In this document: piece by piece, positions 8,028 to 16,268 of the stretch
Position numbering within the stretch: position 1 is the first letter of the stretch
Layout: each line of letters opens with the position of its first letter
Source: a virus
Taxonomy: Duplodnaviria > Caudoviricetes
Strand: one strand, 5' to 3'
Length of the DNA: 28,398 nt
IMG/VR virus record: IMGVR_UViG_3300030207_002496
Coordinates: 1 to 28,398 of that record
Made by a program: the position numbers and the translations under genes
The notes under the pieces: generated by a model
Seen by the model: only the letters and a program-made list of their open reading frames with translations
Databases searched by the model: none
What the model was told of the DNA's origin: nothing

Positions 8028-8072
8028 AGATAGCATCTATCATAGTATAATCACAAAGTATAGGTTAGGTTT

Positions 8073-8903
8073 ATGCAAAAAGTTTATGTAATTGCTGAGA
8101 TTGGAATCAATCACAATGGTTCTGAAAATCATGCAAGAAAATTAATTGATCAAGCATATAGGTCAGGTTGTCATGCAGTTAAGTTTCAAAAAAGAAACCC
8201 TGATTTGTGTGTTCCAGAAGCTCAAAAAGATTTAAAAAGAGAAACACCATGGGGTGTTATGACTTATCTTGAGTATAAGTGGAAGATTGAATTTAGTGTA
8301 GAGCAATATCAATCACTTAGGAAATACACTAAGTCTCTTGGTATGGATTTTATTGTCTCCTGTTGGGATGAACAAAGTGTAGATGATATTGAAAATAATG
8401 TTGAGGTTGACTATCATAAGGTAGCATCAGCACTTGTGACAGACATCTCTTTCCTAGAAAAACTTGCTTCTACAGGTAAACCTACTATCCTGTCCACTGG
8501 CATGTGTACTCCTGAACAGGTTGATGCTGCTGTGAAAGCACTTGGTCCTAGTCTTAAGTACGTTCTTGCATGTACCAGCACCTATCCATCCTCTGTTGAT
8601 GAAGTAAATCTGAAATACATTCACACCCTGAAGGATACTTATCCAAATATCAAAGCAGGATTCTCTAATCACCACAGTGGATTAGTTGCTTGTCTTGGTG
8701 CTACTGCTCTTGGATCAGAATGTATTGAGTTTCATATCACTGATGACAGAACACAGTTTGGAACAGATCAAGCATCATCAATTGAACACAGTGATGAACT
8801 TGTAAGGCAAATTAATATTCTTTCTACAATGCTTGGAGATGGTGTGAAAAAAGTATATGATAGTGAGATCCCTATCATGAAAAAACTTAGAAACAATGGA
8901 TAG
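8073..8903 (+). CDS. neuB: N-acetylneuraminate/nonulosonate synthase family (NeuB/SpsE), lacking the C-terminal AFP-like domain
   Basis: IAEIGINHNG, AVKFQ, KVAS, ILSTGM, CTSTYP, GFSNH, IEFHIT, DQASS; only 276 aa. Confidence 0.92.
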   Translation: MQKVYVIAEIGINHNGSENHARKLIDQAYRSGCHAVKFQKRNPDLCVPEAQKDLKRETPWGVMTYLEYKWKIEFSVEQYQSLRKYTKSLGMDFIVSCWDEQSVDDIENNVEVDYHKVASALVTDISFLEKLASTGKPTILSTGMCTPEQVDAAVKALGPSLKYVLACTSTYPSSVDEVNLKYIHTLKDTYPNIKAGFSNHHSGLVACLGATALGSECIEFHITDDRTQFGTDQASSIEHSDELVRQINILSTMLGDGVKKVYDSEIPIMKKLRNNG

Positions 8904-9246
8904 AAAAATCTATTGTTTTGATATTGATGGCACTATCTGCAACAATACCTGGGGTAACTATGAGGAAGCTCAACCATGGATGAATAGAATCAAACATGTC
9001 AATAATCTATATGATGAGGGTCACTATATAATATACATGACTGCTAGGGGTGCCAGTAAGTGGGATCCCAGTTTTGGTGTTCCTGCTGGTGCTGATACTA
9101 AGGTTGACTTTGATAAAATGTTTAACTTTACAGACAACCAATTGAAAGGTTGGGGATGTAAGTATCAAGAACTAAGACTTGGTAAACCTAATGCTGATTA
9201 TTACGTAGATGACAGAGCTGTAACTGATGGACACTTCTTTAGTTAA
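8896..9246 (+). CDS. capless HAD-superfamily phosphatase
   Basis: FDIDGT (motif I), TAR (II), GKP (III), YVDD (IV). Confidence 0.85.
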   Translation: MDRKIYCFDIDGTICNNTWGNYEEAQPWMNRIKHVNNLYDEGHYIIYMTARGASKWDPSFGVPAGADTKVDFDKMFNFTDNQLKGWGCKYQELRLGKPNADYYVDDRAVTDGHFFS

Positions 9247-9583
9247 GTTTGTTCCTAAGATATGGGGGTATGAAAAGTGGATTGCTAACAATGAAGAATA
9301 TTGTGGTAAGTTGCTTTTCATTATTAAAGGTAAGATGTCTTCATGGCATTATCACGAATTAAAAAGAGAAACCTTTTACATACAATCAGGATCAATTAAA
9401 TTATTATACTCTCAAGGAGATTCTATTGAGGACTCAGAGAGTATAATTTTGACACGTGGTGATAAAGTTGATTTACCAAGAGGAACAAGACATAGACTTA
9501 TTGCTTTAGAAGATACTGAGTTGTTTGAATTCTCTACTCAGCATTTTGATGATGACTCACATAGATTAATTTTTGGAGGATAA
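9227..9583 (+). CDS. cupin, sugar(-phosphate) isomerase-like
   Basis: KIWG.E, SWHYH..KRETFYI..G, P.GTRHRL. Confidence 0.8.
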   Translation: MDTSLVKFVPKIWGYEKWIANNEEYCGKLLFIIKGKMSSWHYHELKRETFYIQSGSIKLLYSQGDSIEDSESIILTRGDKVDLPRGTRHRLIALEDTELFEFSTQHFDDDSHRLIFGG

Positions 9584-10254
9584 TGGAAGTTACTATTTTG
9601 GGCAGAGGTGAATCTCTCAAAAAACTTGATAAGTTTGAATCAGATTTTACTGATGTAATTTTAATTAATGAGTGGTGGCAATCACCTAGAAACCCATGTG
9701 AATACTATAAAGTCCCTGAAGTCTCTAACTTCATTACTGGAAAAGATCTCACCCTTATTTGCACACCTTGTATTGGTGATTTGTCATCACTAATTAAAGG
9801 CATTGAGACAGATCATAATGTCAAGAACAAATTTAATACAGTTTTCCCTCCTGGTTCTGGTACAGATAGAGATTGCCCTGCTCAAGGTAATTTTAGTTGC
9901 TTCCCCTCAGAGTGTGTAGAGGATTACAAATATGCTCATCTGAGTGGTAAACTTAAGCAGGGAGATAGTTATCCAGGTGTTTGGCCACATGGATGTGTTA
10001 GAGGTTCTCTAGCATGGGGTATCATGCTTGCAATCAACTTCTATAACGCAGACAAGGTAAATATCTTTGGTCTTGATTTCTATGAAAAGGAATATCTTGT
10101 TCCACAGAAACATGACTATGAGATTGAGAAGAAGCAATGTCAGTCAATCAAAGATGATTACTCACGATTGTTTAAATTTTACAACAAAGTAGAATTCTCA
10201 ATATACACCTTATCATCTTATAATCCTGATATAGAAAATGTCACAATCTTTTGA
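9583..10254 (+). CDS. putative sialyltransferase-like protein (GT42/Maf-type fold)
   Basis: N-terminal VTILGRGESLK and late GIMLAINFYNADKVNIFGLDFY parallel CstII IIAGNGPSLK and AIALGYKEIYLSGIDFY. Confidence 0.55.
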   Translation: MEVTILGRGESLKKLDKFESDFTDVILINEWWQSPRNPCEYYKVPEVSNFITGKDLTLICTPCIGDLSSLIKGIETDHNVKNKFNTVFPPGSGTDRDCPAQGNFSCFPSECVEDYKYAHLSGKLKQGDSYPGVWPHGCVRGSLAWGIMLAINFYNADKVNIFGLDFYEKEYLVPQKHDYEIEKKQCQSIKDDYSRLFKFYNKVEFSIYTLSSYNPDIENVTIF

Positions 10255-11221
10255 ATCTGTAAAGAAATATCTTCCATACTTCTTTGATGTAACCACAAAC
10301 TATTACTATAGAAACCCTGAAAATAGGGATAAAATCCTTTCTGGTGGTAATGAGATGAGACCGTCAAAGAAGGAAGGCAAATATAAAGTCTTTACCTTTG
10401 CTGATAGGCATAGGGAAAGAGAAGTTAATATGAAAGTATTCAAGGATAAGATTGAGAAGTATCCTATCATTGATGAAGTAAAGGTATTCAATCTTTCTGA
10501 TGTTGATCCAAACTACATTAAAGAGCATCAATCATTATTTGATGATAGTCGTGTATTTCCTTGGGCAGCAAAGGCATACTTGATGCACAAAGGTCTACAG
10601 GAGTGTGATGATGGTGATGTCATCTTTTGGATTGATAGTGACATCAGAGATTTGAAAGAGGATGGAGTTGAGAATCTTTTTAATCTTGCAAACAATTCAG
10701 AAAAAGGTATTGTAGGATTTCATAGTGACTGGTGGTTAGAAAGATTGTTTACTAAGAATGATCTTTACAAACATTTCAATATCACTGACTCACTTTACTG
10801 GGACACCAATCAAGCATATGGTGGTATCTTCCTAGTAAAGAAGAATGAGTACACTGTAAAATTCTTCCAAGAATTATTTGACACATGGAGTATAATTAGA
10901 TTGATGGACTATTCTCCATCAACTAGTAAAGAGAGTGTTCATTTTATCAAACATCAGAATGATCAGTCTATACTGTCTCTGATGTTCAAGATATATAATA
11001 TCAAGACATTTCCTCTCCCCCTGTATGATTGCTACAAGACAAATGTCATAGCATTACACAGTGGATACTTTGAAGAGGGTGTGGTTCTTCCACTGGTCTG
11101 GGAATCTTGTTGGCACAATGTCACATATAAACAAATGTGGGACAATTGTAATATGAAATTCAATAAGATGGTTTCTCCAACAGAGTGTCTTTCAATGTCA
11201 ACAGATAATTATGAATTATGA
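10238..11221 (+). CDS. putative GT-A glycosyltransferase
   Basis: W..K.Y, DGDVIFWIDSD (DxD), Q.YGGIFL, HQNDQSILSL. Confidence 0.65.
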   Translation: MSQSFESVKKYLPYFFDVTTNYYYRNPENRDKILSGGNEMRPSKKEGKYKVFTFADRHREREVNMKVFKDKIEKYPIIDEVKVFNLSDVDPNYIKEHQSLFDDSRVFPWAAKAYLMHKGLQECDDGDVIFWIDSDIRDLKEDGVENLFNLANNSEKGIVGFHSDWWLERLFTKNDLYKHFNITDSLYWDTNQAYGGIFLVKKNEYTVKFFQELFDTWSIIRLMDYSPSTSKESVHFIKHQNDQSILSLMFKIYNIKTFPLPLYDCYKTNVIALHSGYFEEGVVLPLVWESCWHNVTYKQMWDNCNMKFNKMVSPTECLSMSTDNYEL

Positions 11222-12105
11222 TTAGAAGTATTGTAACTGGTGGATGTGGATTTATTGGATCTCATCTTGTTAATAGACTGATTGATTTAGGTCATGAGGT
11301 TATTGTGCTGGATAGAGTTCAACATCATAATCCAAATCCTAAAGCAACATATTATCTTGTTGATCTTATTGAAAATTACACAAAGTATGTTCACCTTTTT
11401 GATAGTGTGAACAACGTATTTCATATGGCAGCTGAGGTTGCCATCACATATTGTGTTGAAAAACCCAATGAAAGTATGGCAAACAATATGTTGTCAACTA
11501 TGAATGTGTTGGAGTGTTGTAGGATTCATAATGTAGATAGAGCTATATTCTCATCTACTTGTGCTGTGTATGGTAATACATTGTTTAATCCTAGTTATGA
11601 AACAAATAGGATAGATTGTTTGAATACTTACTCAATTTCAAAGTATTCTGGAGAGATGTTGTTTAAGATGTATTATGAACTTTATGGTCTCAAGACAGTG
11701 ATGTTTAGATACTTTAATGTGTATGGTGAGGGACAGCATCAGTCAGGACAGTATGCTCCTGTTATGTCTATCTTTAAAAGACAGAAAGAAAACAAAGAAC
11801 CACTTTCAATTGTAGAACCTGGATATCAAACAAGAGACTTTGTTCATGTATCTGATGTCGTGTATGCTAATGTTCTTGCCTCTCAAAGAGAACTTGAAAC
11901 ATATGGTGAGGTATTCAATATTGGAACTGGCGAGGGAACTGAAATTCAAACTATTGCTGATTTGATCTCTGATTATCAAATCACAATTCCTGCTAGACAA
12001 GGTGAGGTTATTCATTCCAGAGCAAACATTGATAAGGTTAATAAGACTCTTGGATGGAAGTGGAGTATTAAAGTTGTTGATTGGATTAAGAAAAATTTAA
12101 AATGA
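11218..12105 (+). CDS. NAD-dependent epimerase/dehydratase (UDP-sugar 4-epimerase-like extended SDR)
   Basis: VTGGCGFIGS, HMAA, SSTCAVYG, YSISK, RYFNVYG, QTRDFVHV. Confidence 0.9.
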   Translation: MIRSIVTGGCGFIGSHLVNRLIDLGHEVIVLDRVQHHNPNPKATYYLVDLIENYTKYVHLFDSVNNVFHMAAEVAITYCVEKPNESMANNMLSTMNVLECCRIHNVDRAIFSSTCAVYGNTLFNPSYETNRIDCLNTYSISKYSGEMLFKMYYELYGLKTVMFRYFNVYGEGQHQSGQYAPVMSIFKRQKENKEPLSIVEPGYQTRDFVHVSDVVYANVLASQRELETYGEVFNIGTGEGTEIQTIADLISDYQITIPARQGEVIHSRANIDKVNKTLGWKWSIKVVDWIKKNLK

Positions 12106-12797
12106 AAAAAATCACTATTAACCTTTCATTTTACAATCAAAGTGATATTTTGATTGAACAAGTTAATTCTTGGAAAGCCTGGAGAAAAGAAGTAAGAGAT
12201 CAATATTCTTTCTGTATTATTGATGATGGAAGTAAAATTCCTGCTACAGAAGTTCTCAAGGATGAAGATCTTTCTGAACTTGACCTTTCTATCTTGAGGG
12301 TTAAGGAAGATCTTAAATGGAATATTGCAGGTGTCAGGAACCTCTCAGCACAGGAGTGTGCCACTGAATGGATGATGATCCTAGACATGGATTGTTTTGT
12401 CCCTCAGGAGACTGCAGAAGGTATGCTGCAACTTGCAAATCTTGGTGGACCAAATGCCTATAAGTTCACACGCAGAACCAAAAATCCAAATCACCCAAAG
12501 CATGGTGATCCTCACCCTGCTATCTGCATTATACGTAAAGAGGATTATTGGAACATTGGTGGGTGTGAAGAGGACCTTGTGGGACAATATGGATATACTG
12601 ATCCATCATTCTGGTGGAGATCACAGGGTAAAATTAATATCATGATTACTCAACTCCCTCTTGATTATATTGATGAGGCAGAGGTGATTGATGATCAAAA
12701 GTTTAATCATCCAAATAGAAATCTCTTTGAAGAAAGAAAGAGAACTGGTAAATGGTCAACTGACTTTGTGAGGTTTAAATGGGAGAAAGCCTACTGA
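12102..12797 (+). CDS. GT2/GT7C-like glycosyltransferase
   Basis: IIDDGS, WNIAGVRNL, LDMD, IGGCEEDL.G.YG..D. Confidence 0.75.
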   Translation: MKKITINLSFYNQSDILIEQVNSWKAWRKEVRDQYSFCIIDDGSKIPATEVLKDEDLSELDLSILRVKEDLKWNIAGVRNLSAQECATEWMMILDMDCFVPQETAEGMLQLANLGGPNAYKFTRRTKNPNHPKHGDPHPAICIIRKEDYWNIGGCEEDLVGQYGYTDPSFWWRSQGKINIMITQLPLDYIDEAEVIDDQKFNHPNRNLFEERKRTGKWSTDFVRFKWEKAY

Positions 12798-13597
12798 TGG
12801 ATAAAAACAAAGCAGCATATAAACTTCAGGACATGGGACCAGTCTATGTCATCAATCTTGATGGGCAACCAGAAAGATGGAAGTATATGGAGGACCAATT
12901 AAAGTATTGGGAAGTGACTGACTATGAAAGAATCTCTGCTTTTGATGGTAGAGATGATGATTTAGGTCATATTTTAAAAGGAAGGTATCCTGGTTTTATG
13001 ACTCCTGGTGAGATTGGTTGTACTACCTCTCATCTTAAAGCGATTAAAAAGTTTTATGAGGAGACTGATAAACCATATGCAATCATGATGGAAGATGATT
13101 GTGATATTGGTATTGCAAAGTATTGGACATTTACATGGAAAGATGTTATTGCTAAACTTCCTTATGATTGGGATGTAGTACAAATTGCCATCATTTGCAC
13201 TGGAGATATTTTCACCAAGATTCACAAGAGATTTGTAAATGAGTTCTCTACTGCATGTTATATCATTACCAGACATCATGCGAAGAAACTTATAGATTTA
13301 CACTGTAGAGGGGATAAGTTCAAACTAGATAATGGCGTCAGACCAAGACCAGTAGCAGATGACCTTATCTATAACTCAGGCAACACCTATGCTGTTCCTC
13401 TTCTTCTTTATCGCATTGAATTGGGGTCCAGTATCCACCCTGAACATATTGACGCATTTCACAAAGGGAACTATGATGCTCAAATGAACTGGTGGTCCCA
13501 AGCAGGGGCACAGCAGTCCATAAATGATATGATGGACTTTGATCCATATCTTGGGAGAATTGCTCCATCACAGTCACAGGGTGATAACCCTACTTAG
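12797..13597 (+). CDS. GT25-family (LPS-type) glycosyltransferase
   Basis: VYVINLD..ERW, RISAFDG, GEIGCTTSH, MEDD, STACYII; start re-called at ATG 12797 (TGATG overlap). Confidence 0.88.
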   Translation: MDKNKAAYKLQDMGPVYVINLDGQPERWKYMEDQLKYWEVTDYERISAFDGRDDDLGHILKGRYPGFMTPGEIGCTTSHLKAIKKFYEETDKPYAIMMEDDCDIGIAKYWTFTWKDVIAKLPYDWDVVQIAIICTGDIFTKIHKRFVNEFSTACYIITRHHAKKLIDLHCRGDKFKLDNGVRPRPVADDLIYNSGNTYAVPLLLYRIELGSSIHPEHIDAFHKGNYDAQMNWWSQAGAQQSINDMMDFDPYLGRIAPSQSQGDNPT

Positions 13598-13630
13598 TTG
13601 ACAAGAGTTGACTTGTCTGCTATATAAATA
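13598..13630 (+). promoter_or_regulatory. overlapping sigma70-type and T4 late promoters
   Basis: TTGACA (13598-13603), 17 nt, TATATA (13621-13626); perfect late consensus TATAAATA at 13623-13630. Confidence 0.65.
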
Positions 13631-13722
13631 CTTATCCTTTTGCTTTTCAGTAATTTCTGAAACAAAAGGTAAGATACAGAACCTTGTCGAGGTTCTTTTC
13701 ATCTGTGGGTAACCATTCCACA
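13631..13722 (+). promoter_or_regulatory. structured 5' leader with three hairpins
   Basis: CTTA.CCTTTTG..TTTCAG/CTGAAA.CAAAAGG.TAAG; AGAACCT/AGGTTCT; TGTGG/CCACA; SD GAGG at 13733-13736. Confidence 0.55.
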
Positions 13723-13741
13723 AGTAAAAATAGAGGTAAAA

Positions 13742-14113
13742 ATGATTAAATCCGCACTCGCAGCTACTGCTGCTCTGTCCATGTCCGCAGGTGCTGCTGT
13801 TGCAGGACCATATGTAAATGTAGAAACCAATGCTGGTTGGGTTGGTAATGATTATTCTGGTGCCACAACTGACATTCATGTAGGCTATGAAGGTGCTCTG
13901 GGTGAAGAAGGTGCCTCCTACTATGTCCAGGCTGGCCCTGCCATTGTTGCTGTTGATGGTGAAGACACTGACGTAGAATTCTCTGGTAAGGCTGGAATTG
14001 GATTCGCTGTTTCTGATGACCTATCTGCATATGGTGAGGTTTCCTTCCTCACTGCTGATTCTGATGATGACTTTGGTTTTGGTGGTAAGCTCGGAGTTAA
14101 GTACAACTTCTGA
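13742..14113 (+). CDS. small outer-membrane beta-barrel (porin-like) protein
   Basis: Signal peptide ending AVA, alternating amphipathic strands, C-terminal GVKYNF beta-signal with terminal Phe. Confidence 0.75.
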   Translation: MIKSALAATAALSMSAGAAVAGPYVNVETNAGWVGNDYSGATTDIHVGYEGALGEEGASYYVQAGPAIVAVDGEDTDVEFSGKAGIGFAVSDDLSAYGEVSFLTADSDDDFGFGGKLGVKYNF

Positions 14114-14134
14114 TATCTGATATCTTAATATCCT

Positions 14135-14162
14135 AACCTCCTCTTTATGGGGAGGTTTTTTT
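14135..14162 (+). terminator. rho-independent terminator
   Basis: AACCTCCTC-TTTAT-GGGGAGGTT then T-run. Confidence 0.85.
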
Positions 14163-14164
14163 AT

Positions 14165-14193
14165 GATTAAATTTGGTTTAAGCATGTTAAAAT
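14165..14193 (+). promoter_or_regulatory. putative Pho box plus -10 element upstream of pstS
   Basis: TTAA cores at 14167 and 14178 (11-bp period, cyanobacterial PhoB/SphR type), TAAAAT at 14188-14193, no recognisable -35. Confidence 0.6.
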
Positions 14194-14214
14194 AGTGAGG
14201 TCATTCTAGACTTA

Positions 14215-15204
14215 ATGAAAAAAGCATTCCTTGCTGCTCTTATAGCAGTTCCTTTCCTTGCTTCTTGTGGAGCATCAGATTCAAGTAAGACTTTTAAATT
14301 GAATGGTGCAGGAGCTACATTCCCTGCTTCACTGTATAACTATTGGCTTATGACGTTTTCCAAGGAAACTGGAAACCGAGTCAACTATCAAGCGGTTGGT
14401 AGTGGTGCTGGTGTACGTCAGTTCAAGGCTAATACTATTGACTTTGGTGCCTCTGATGGTGCTGTAAAGGACAAAGACCTTCCTCCCTCTGGTATGGTTC
14501 AAATCCCCATGACTGGTGGTGCTATTGTCCCTGCATACTTCAACCCAGAGTGTGAAGAAGTAAAGATGACTCAGACACAACTTGCTGATGTCTATCTTGG
14601 TAAGATTAACAACTGGAAAGAGTTTGGTTGTCCTGATCGTGATATCCTTGTGGTCTATCGTTCAGATGGTTCAGGCACTACCAAAGGATTTACTAACTCA
14701 TTGTCTGCATTCTCCCCTGAATGGAAGAAGAATGTGGGTACAGGTAAGGCAGTTAGTTGGCCTGTTGGTGTTGGTGCAAAAGGAAACTCTGGTGTAGCAG
14801 CACAGGTACAAGGTCAGTTTGGTGCTCTTGGATATGTTAATTATGGATATGTGAAGAATGATAAGAGTGGTAAGCTAAAACAAGTCTCCCTACAAAACAA
14901 AGCAGGTAACTTTGTTACAGCAAATGCAGAGACCTCTTCTGCTGGTCTTTCTAAGATTGTCTTGGATGATAAACTGAGAGGAGCAGATCCCAATCCAGAA
15001 GGTGCTAACTCCTATCCTATTGTTTCATTAACTTGGATCCTTGCTTATCCTGAATCCAAACCTGGTGTGAAGGAAACTCTACGTTATATGTTGAGTGAAG
15101 AGACCCAGGCAAAGTCTGATTCTCTAGGTTTTGTTCCTTTACCAGAAGACCTACGTCAAAAGTCCCTTAAAGCAGTAGAAACAATCAATGAAGAAGAAAG
15201 TTAA
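14215..15204 (+). CDS. pstS: phosphate ABC transporter substrate-binding lipoprotein
   Basis: Lipobox LASC; GAGATFP, YQAVGSGAG, DFGASD, RSDGSGTT, YPIVSLTW. Confidence 0.97.
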   Translation: MKKAFLAALIAVPFLASCGASDSSKTFKLNGAGATFPASLYNYWLMTFSKETGNRVNYQAVGSGAGVRQFKANTIDFGASDGAVKDKDLPPSGMVQIPMTGGAIVPAYFNPECEEVKMTQTQLADVYLGKINNWKEFGCPDRDILVVYRSDGSGTTKGFTNSLSAFSPEWKKNVGTGKAVSWPVGVGAKGNSGVAAQVQGQFGALGYVNYGYVKNDKSGKLKQVSLQNKAGNFVTANAETSSAGLSKIVLDDKLRGADPNPEGANSYPIVSLTWILAYPESKPGVKETLRYMLSEETQAKSDSLGFVPLPEDLRQKSLKAVETINEEES

Positions 15205-15382
15205 GAAGATGCTGGAATGGTTCTATGATGACTCTGATAGGGGTCAACAGAACATTTCAGAGATGCAAGACATCTATACTCTGGTTGAGAAGCTTCAATA
15301 CAGGATAGAAGCATTAGAGAATGAACACATGCTTGTTCTCAAAGAGTTAGGAAAGATACAATCTCAGACTGATGAGGCTTGA
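15188..15382 (+). CDS. hypothetical coiled-coil protein
   Basis: 64-aa ORF overlapping the pstS end and closed by a terminator. Confidence 0.65.
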   Translation: MKKKVKKMLEWFYDDSDRGQQNISEMQDIYTLVEKLQYRIEALENEHMLVLKELGKIQSQTDEA

Positions 15383-15398
15383 CAGCCTCATTTTTTTT
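15372..15398 (+). terminator. rho-independent terminator overlapping next promoter
   Basis: ATGAGGCT-TGAC-AGCCTCAT then T7. Confidence 0.8.
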
Positions 15399-15407
15399 AT
15401 ATATAAT
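15379..15407 (+). promoter_or_regulatory. consensus sigma70 promoter for hli cluster
   Basis: TTGACA (15379-15384), 17 nt, TATAAT (15402-15407). Confidence 0.85.
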
Positions 15408-15434
15408 ATGTAAAGATTTATAACACATTGTAAA

Positions 15435-15653
15435 ATGACTGTTACAACCAATGAGTTTGGTCAACAAAATATGTTTGCCAAAGAACCTCAAATGTATGTG
15501 TCAAAAACAGATGCTGAGCGTTATGGATACGAGACCTACGCTGAGAAGGCAGAGAAGTTGAATGGACGCACTGCTATGCTTGGATTTGTTGCTGCTCTTG
15601 TCAGCTATACTTTTAGTGGTAGTGTATTTTTCTTTGGTGCCTTTGGATTCTGA
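15435..15653 (+). CDS. hli: high-light-inducible protein
   Basis: AEKLNGRTAMLGFVA chlorophyll-binding ExxNGRxAM motif; N-terminal GQQNMFAKEP. Confidence 0.92.
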   Translation: MTVTTNEFGQQNMFAKEPQMYVSKTDAERYGYETYAEKAEKLNGRTAMLGFVAALVSYTFSGSVFFFGAFGF

Positions 15654-15739
15654 TGACTGAAATCCTCTGGACTACAACCACAATTGCATTCCTAGTTCTG
15701 CTAGGATACTCTGTACAACAACTTGCTGAGACCTACTAA
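15653..15739 (+). CDS. 28-aa single-TM microprotein (not in ORF track)
   Basis: MTEILWTTTTIAFLVLLGYSVQQLAETY; exactly fills the gap with TGATG and TAATG overlaps. Confidence 0.6.
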   Translation: MTEILWTTTTIAFLVLLGYSVQQLAETY

Positions 15740-15966
15740 TGCCTGACTTAATTGAACTTCTAACTTACTATGTGATTGTGCTGCTCCTCTTTGTGGGAGC
15801 ACCAGGAGTTTTCTTTTTTATTGTATTCATGCCTGCCCTTCAGAATACTAAGGGACGAATGGTAGGTTACAGTGATCACAAGACCTATGGAGACTCCTCC
15901 ATCTACGAAAATACACCCAGTGATCAGCTCAACTACACCTTACAAATTGGCGGAAATAATCCGTGA
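15739..15966 (+). CDS. small membrane protein
   Basis: Long N-terminal hydrophobic segment followed by PALQNTKGRMVGY. Confidence 0.75.
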   Translation: MPDLIELLTYYVIVLLLFVGAPGVFFFIVFMPALQNTKGRMVGYSDHKTYGDSSIYENTPSDQLNYTLQIGGNNP

Positions 15967-16005
15967 CACTTATCCAAACTTATTTTATTTAAAGGAGATA
16001 AAACC

Positions 16006-16116
16006 ATGTTCAACGAAAAAGCAGAAAGACTCAATGGATGGGCAGCAATGATTGGTGTCATTGCAGCAATGGGCAGTTATGCTGCCACAGGTCAACTTAT
16101 CCCTGGAGTATGGTGA
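16006..16116 (+). CDS. hli: high-light-inducible protein, 36 aa (not in ORF track)
   Basis: MFNEKAERLNGWAAMIGVIAAMGSYAATGQLIPGVW; strong SD AAGGAG; TGQxIPG tail of phage/multicopy HLIPs. Confidence 0.92.
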   Translation: MFNEKAERLNGWAAMIGVIAAMGSYAATGQLIPGVW

Positions 16117-16121
16117 ACGAT

Positions 16122-16253
16122 ATGTTACTCATAGCCACATCACTGGTAGGAGGGTTTATATTTGCTGCCCTATTGACAGATGATGTTGATGATGATGACA
16201 ATGGACCTGACTCAGGTTTGATGCAACCAGTATATCAAGGACAGGGGACCTAA
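16122..16253 (+). CDS. small TM protein with acidic tail
   Basis: MLLIATSLVGGFIFAALLTDDVDDDDNGPDSGLMQPVYQGQGT; start may be 16110, 16113 or 16122. Confidence 0.65.
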   Translation: MLLIATSLVGGFIFAALLTDDVDDDDNGPDSGLMQPVYQGQGT

Positions 16254-16268
16254 AAAGTCCCTTTTTTT
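16243..16268 (+). terminator. rho-independent terminator
   Basis: GGGAC-CTAAAAA-GTCCC then T7. Confidence 0.7.

Noticed and set aside
13678-13699. AGAACCT/AGGTTCT hairpin with short T-run as a terminator or attenuator
   Set aside because: Only 3-4 T follow and it lies between promoter and SD; kept as part of the leader structure rather than called a terminator
16038-16121. N-terminal part (MGSNDWCHCS...) of track ORF 16038..16253
   Set aside because: Out-of-frame reading of the 36-aa hli gene, which has the SD and HLIP motif
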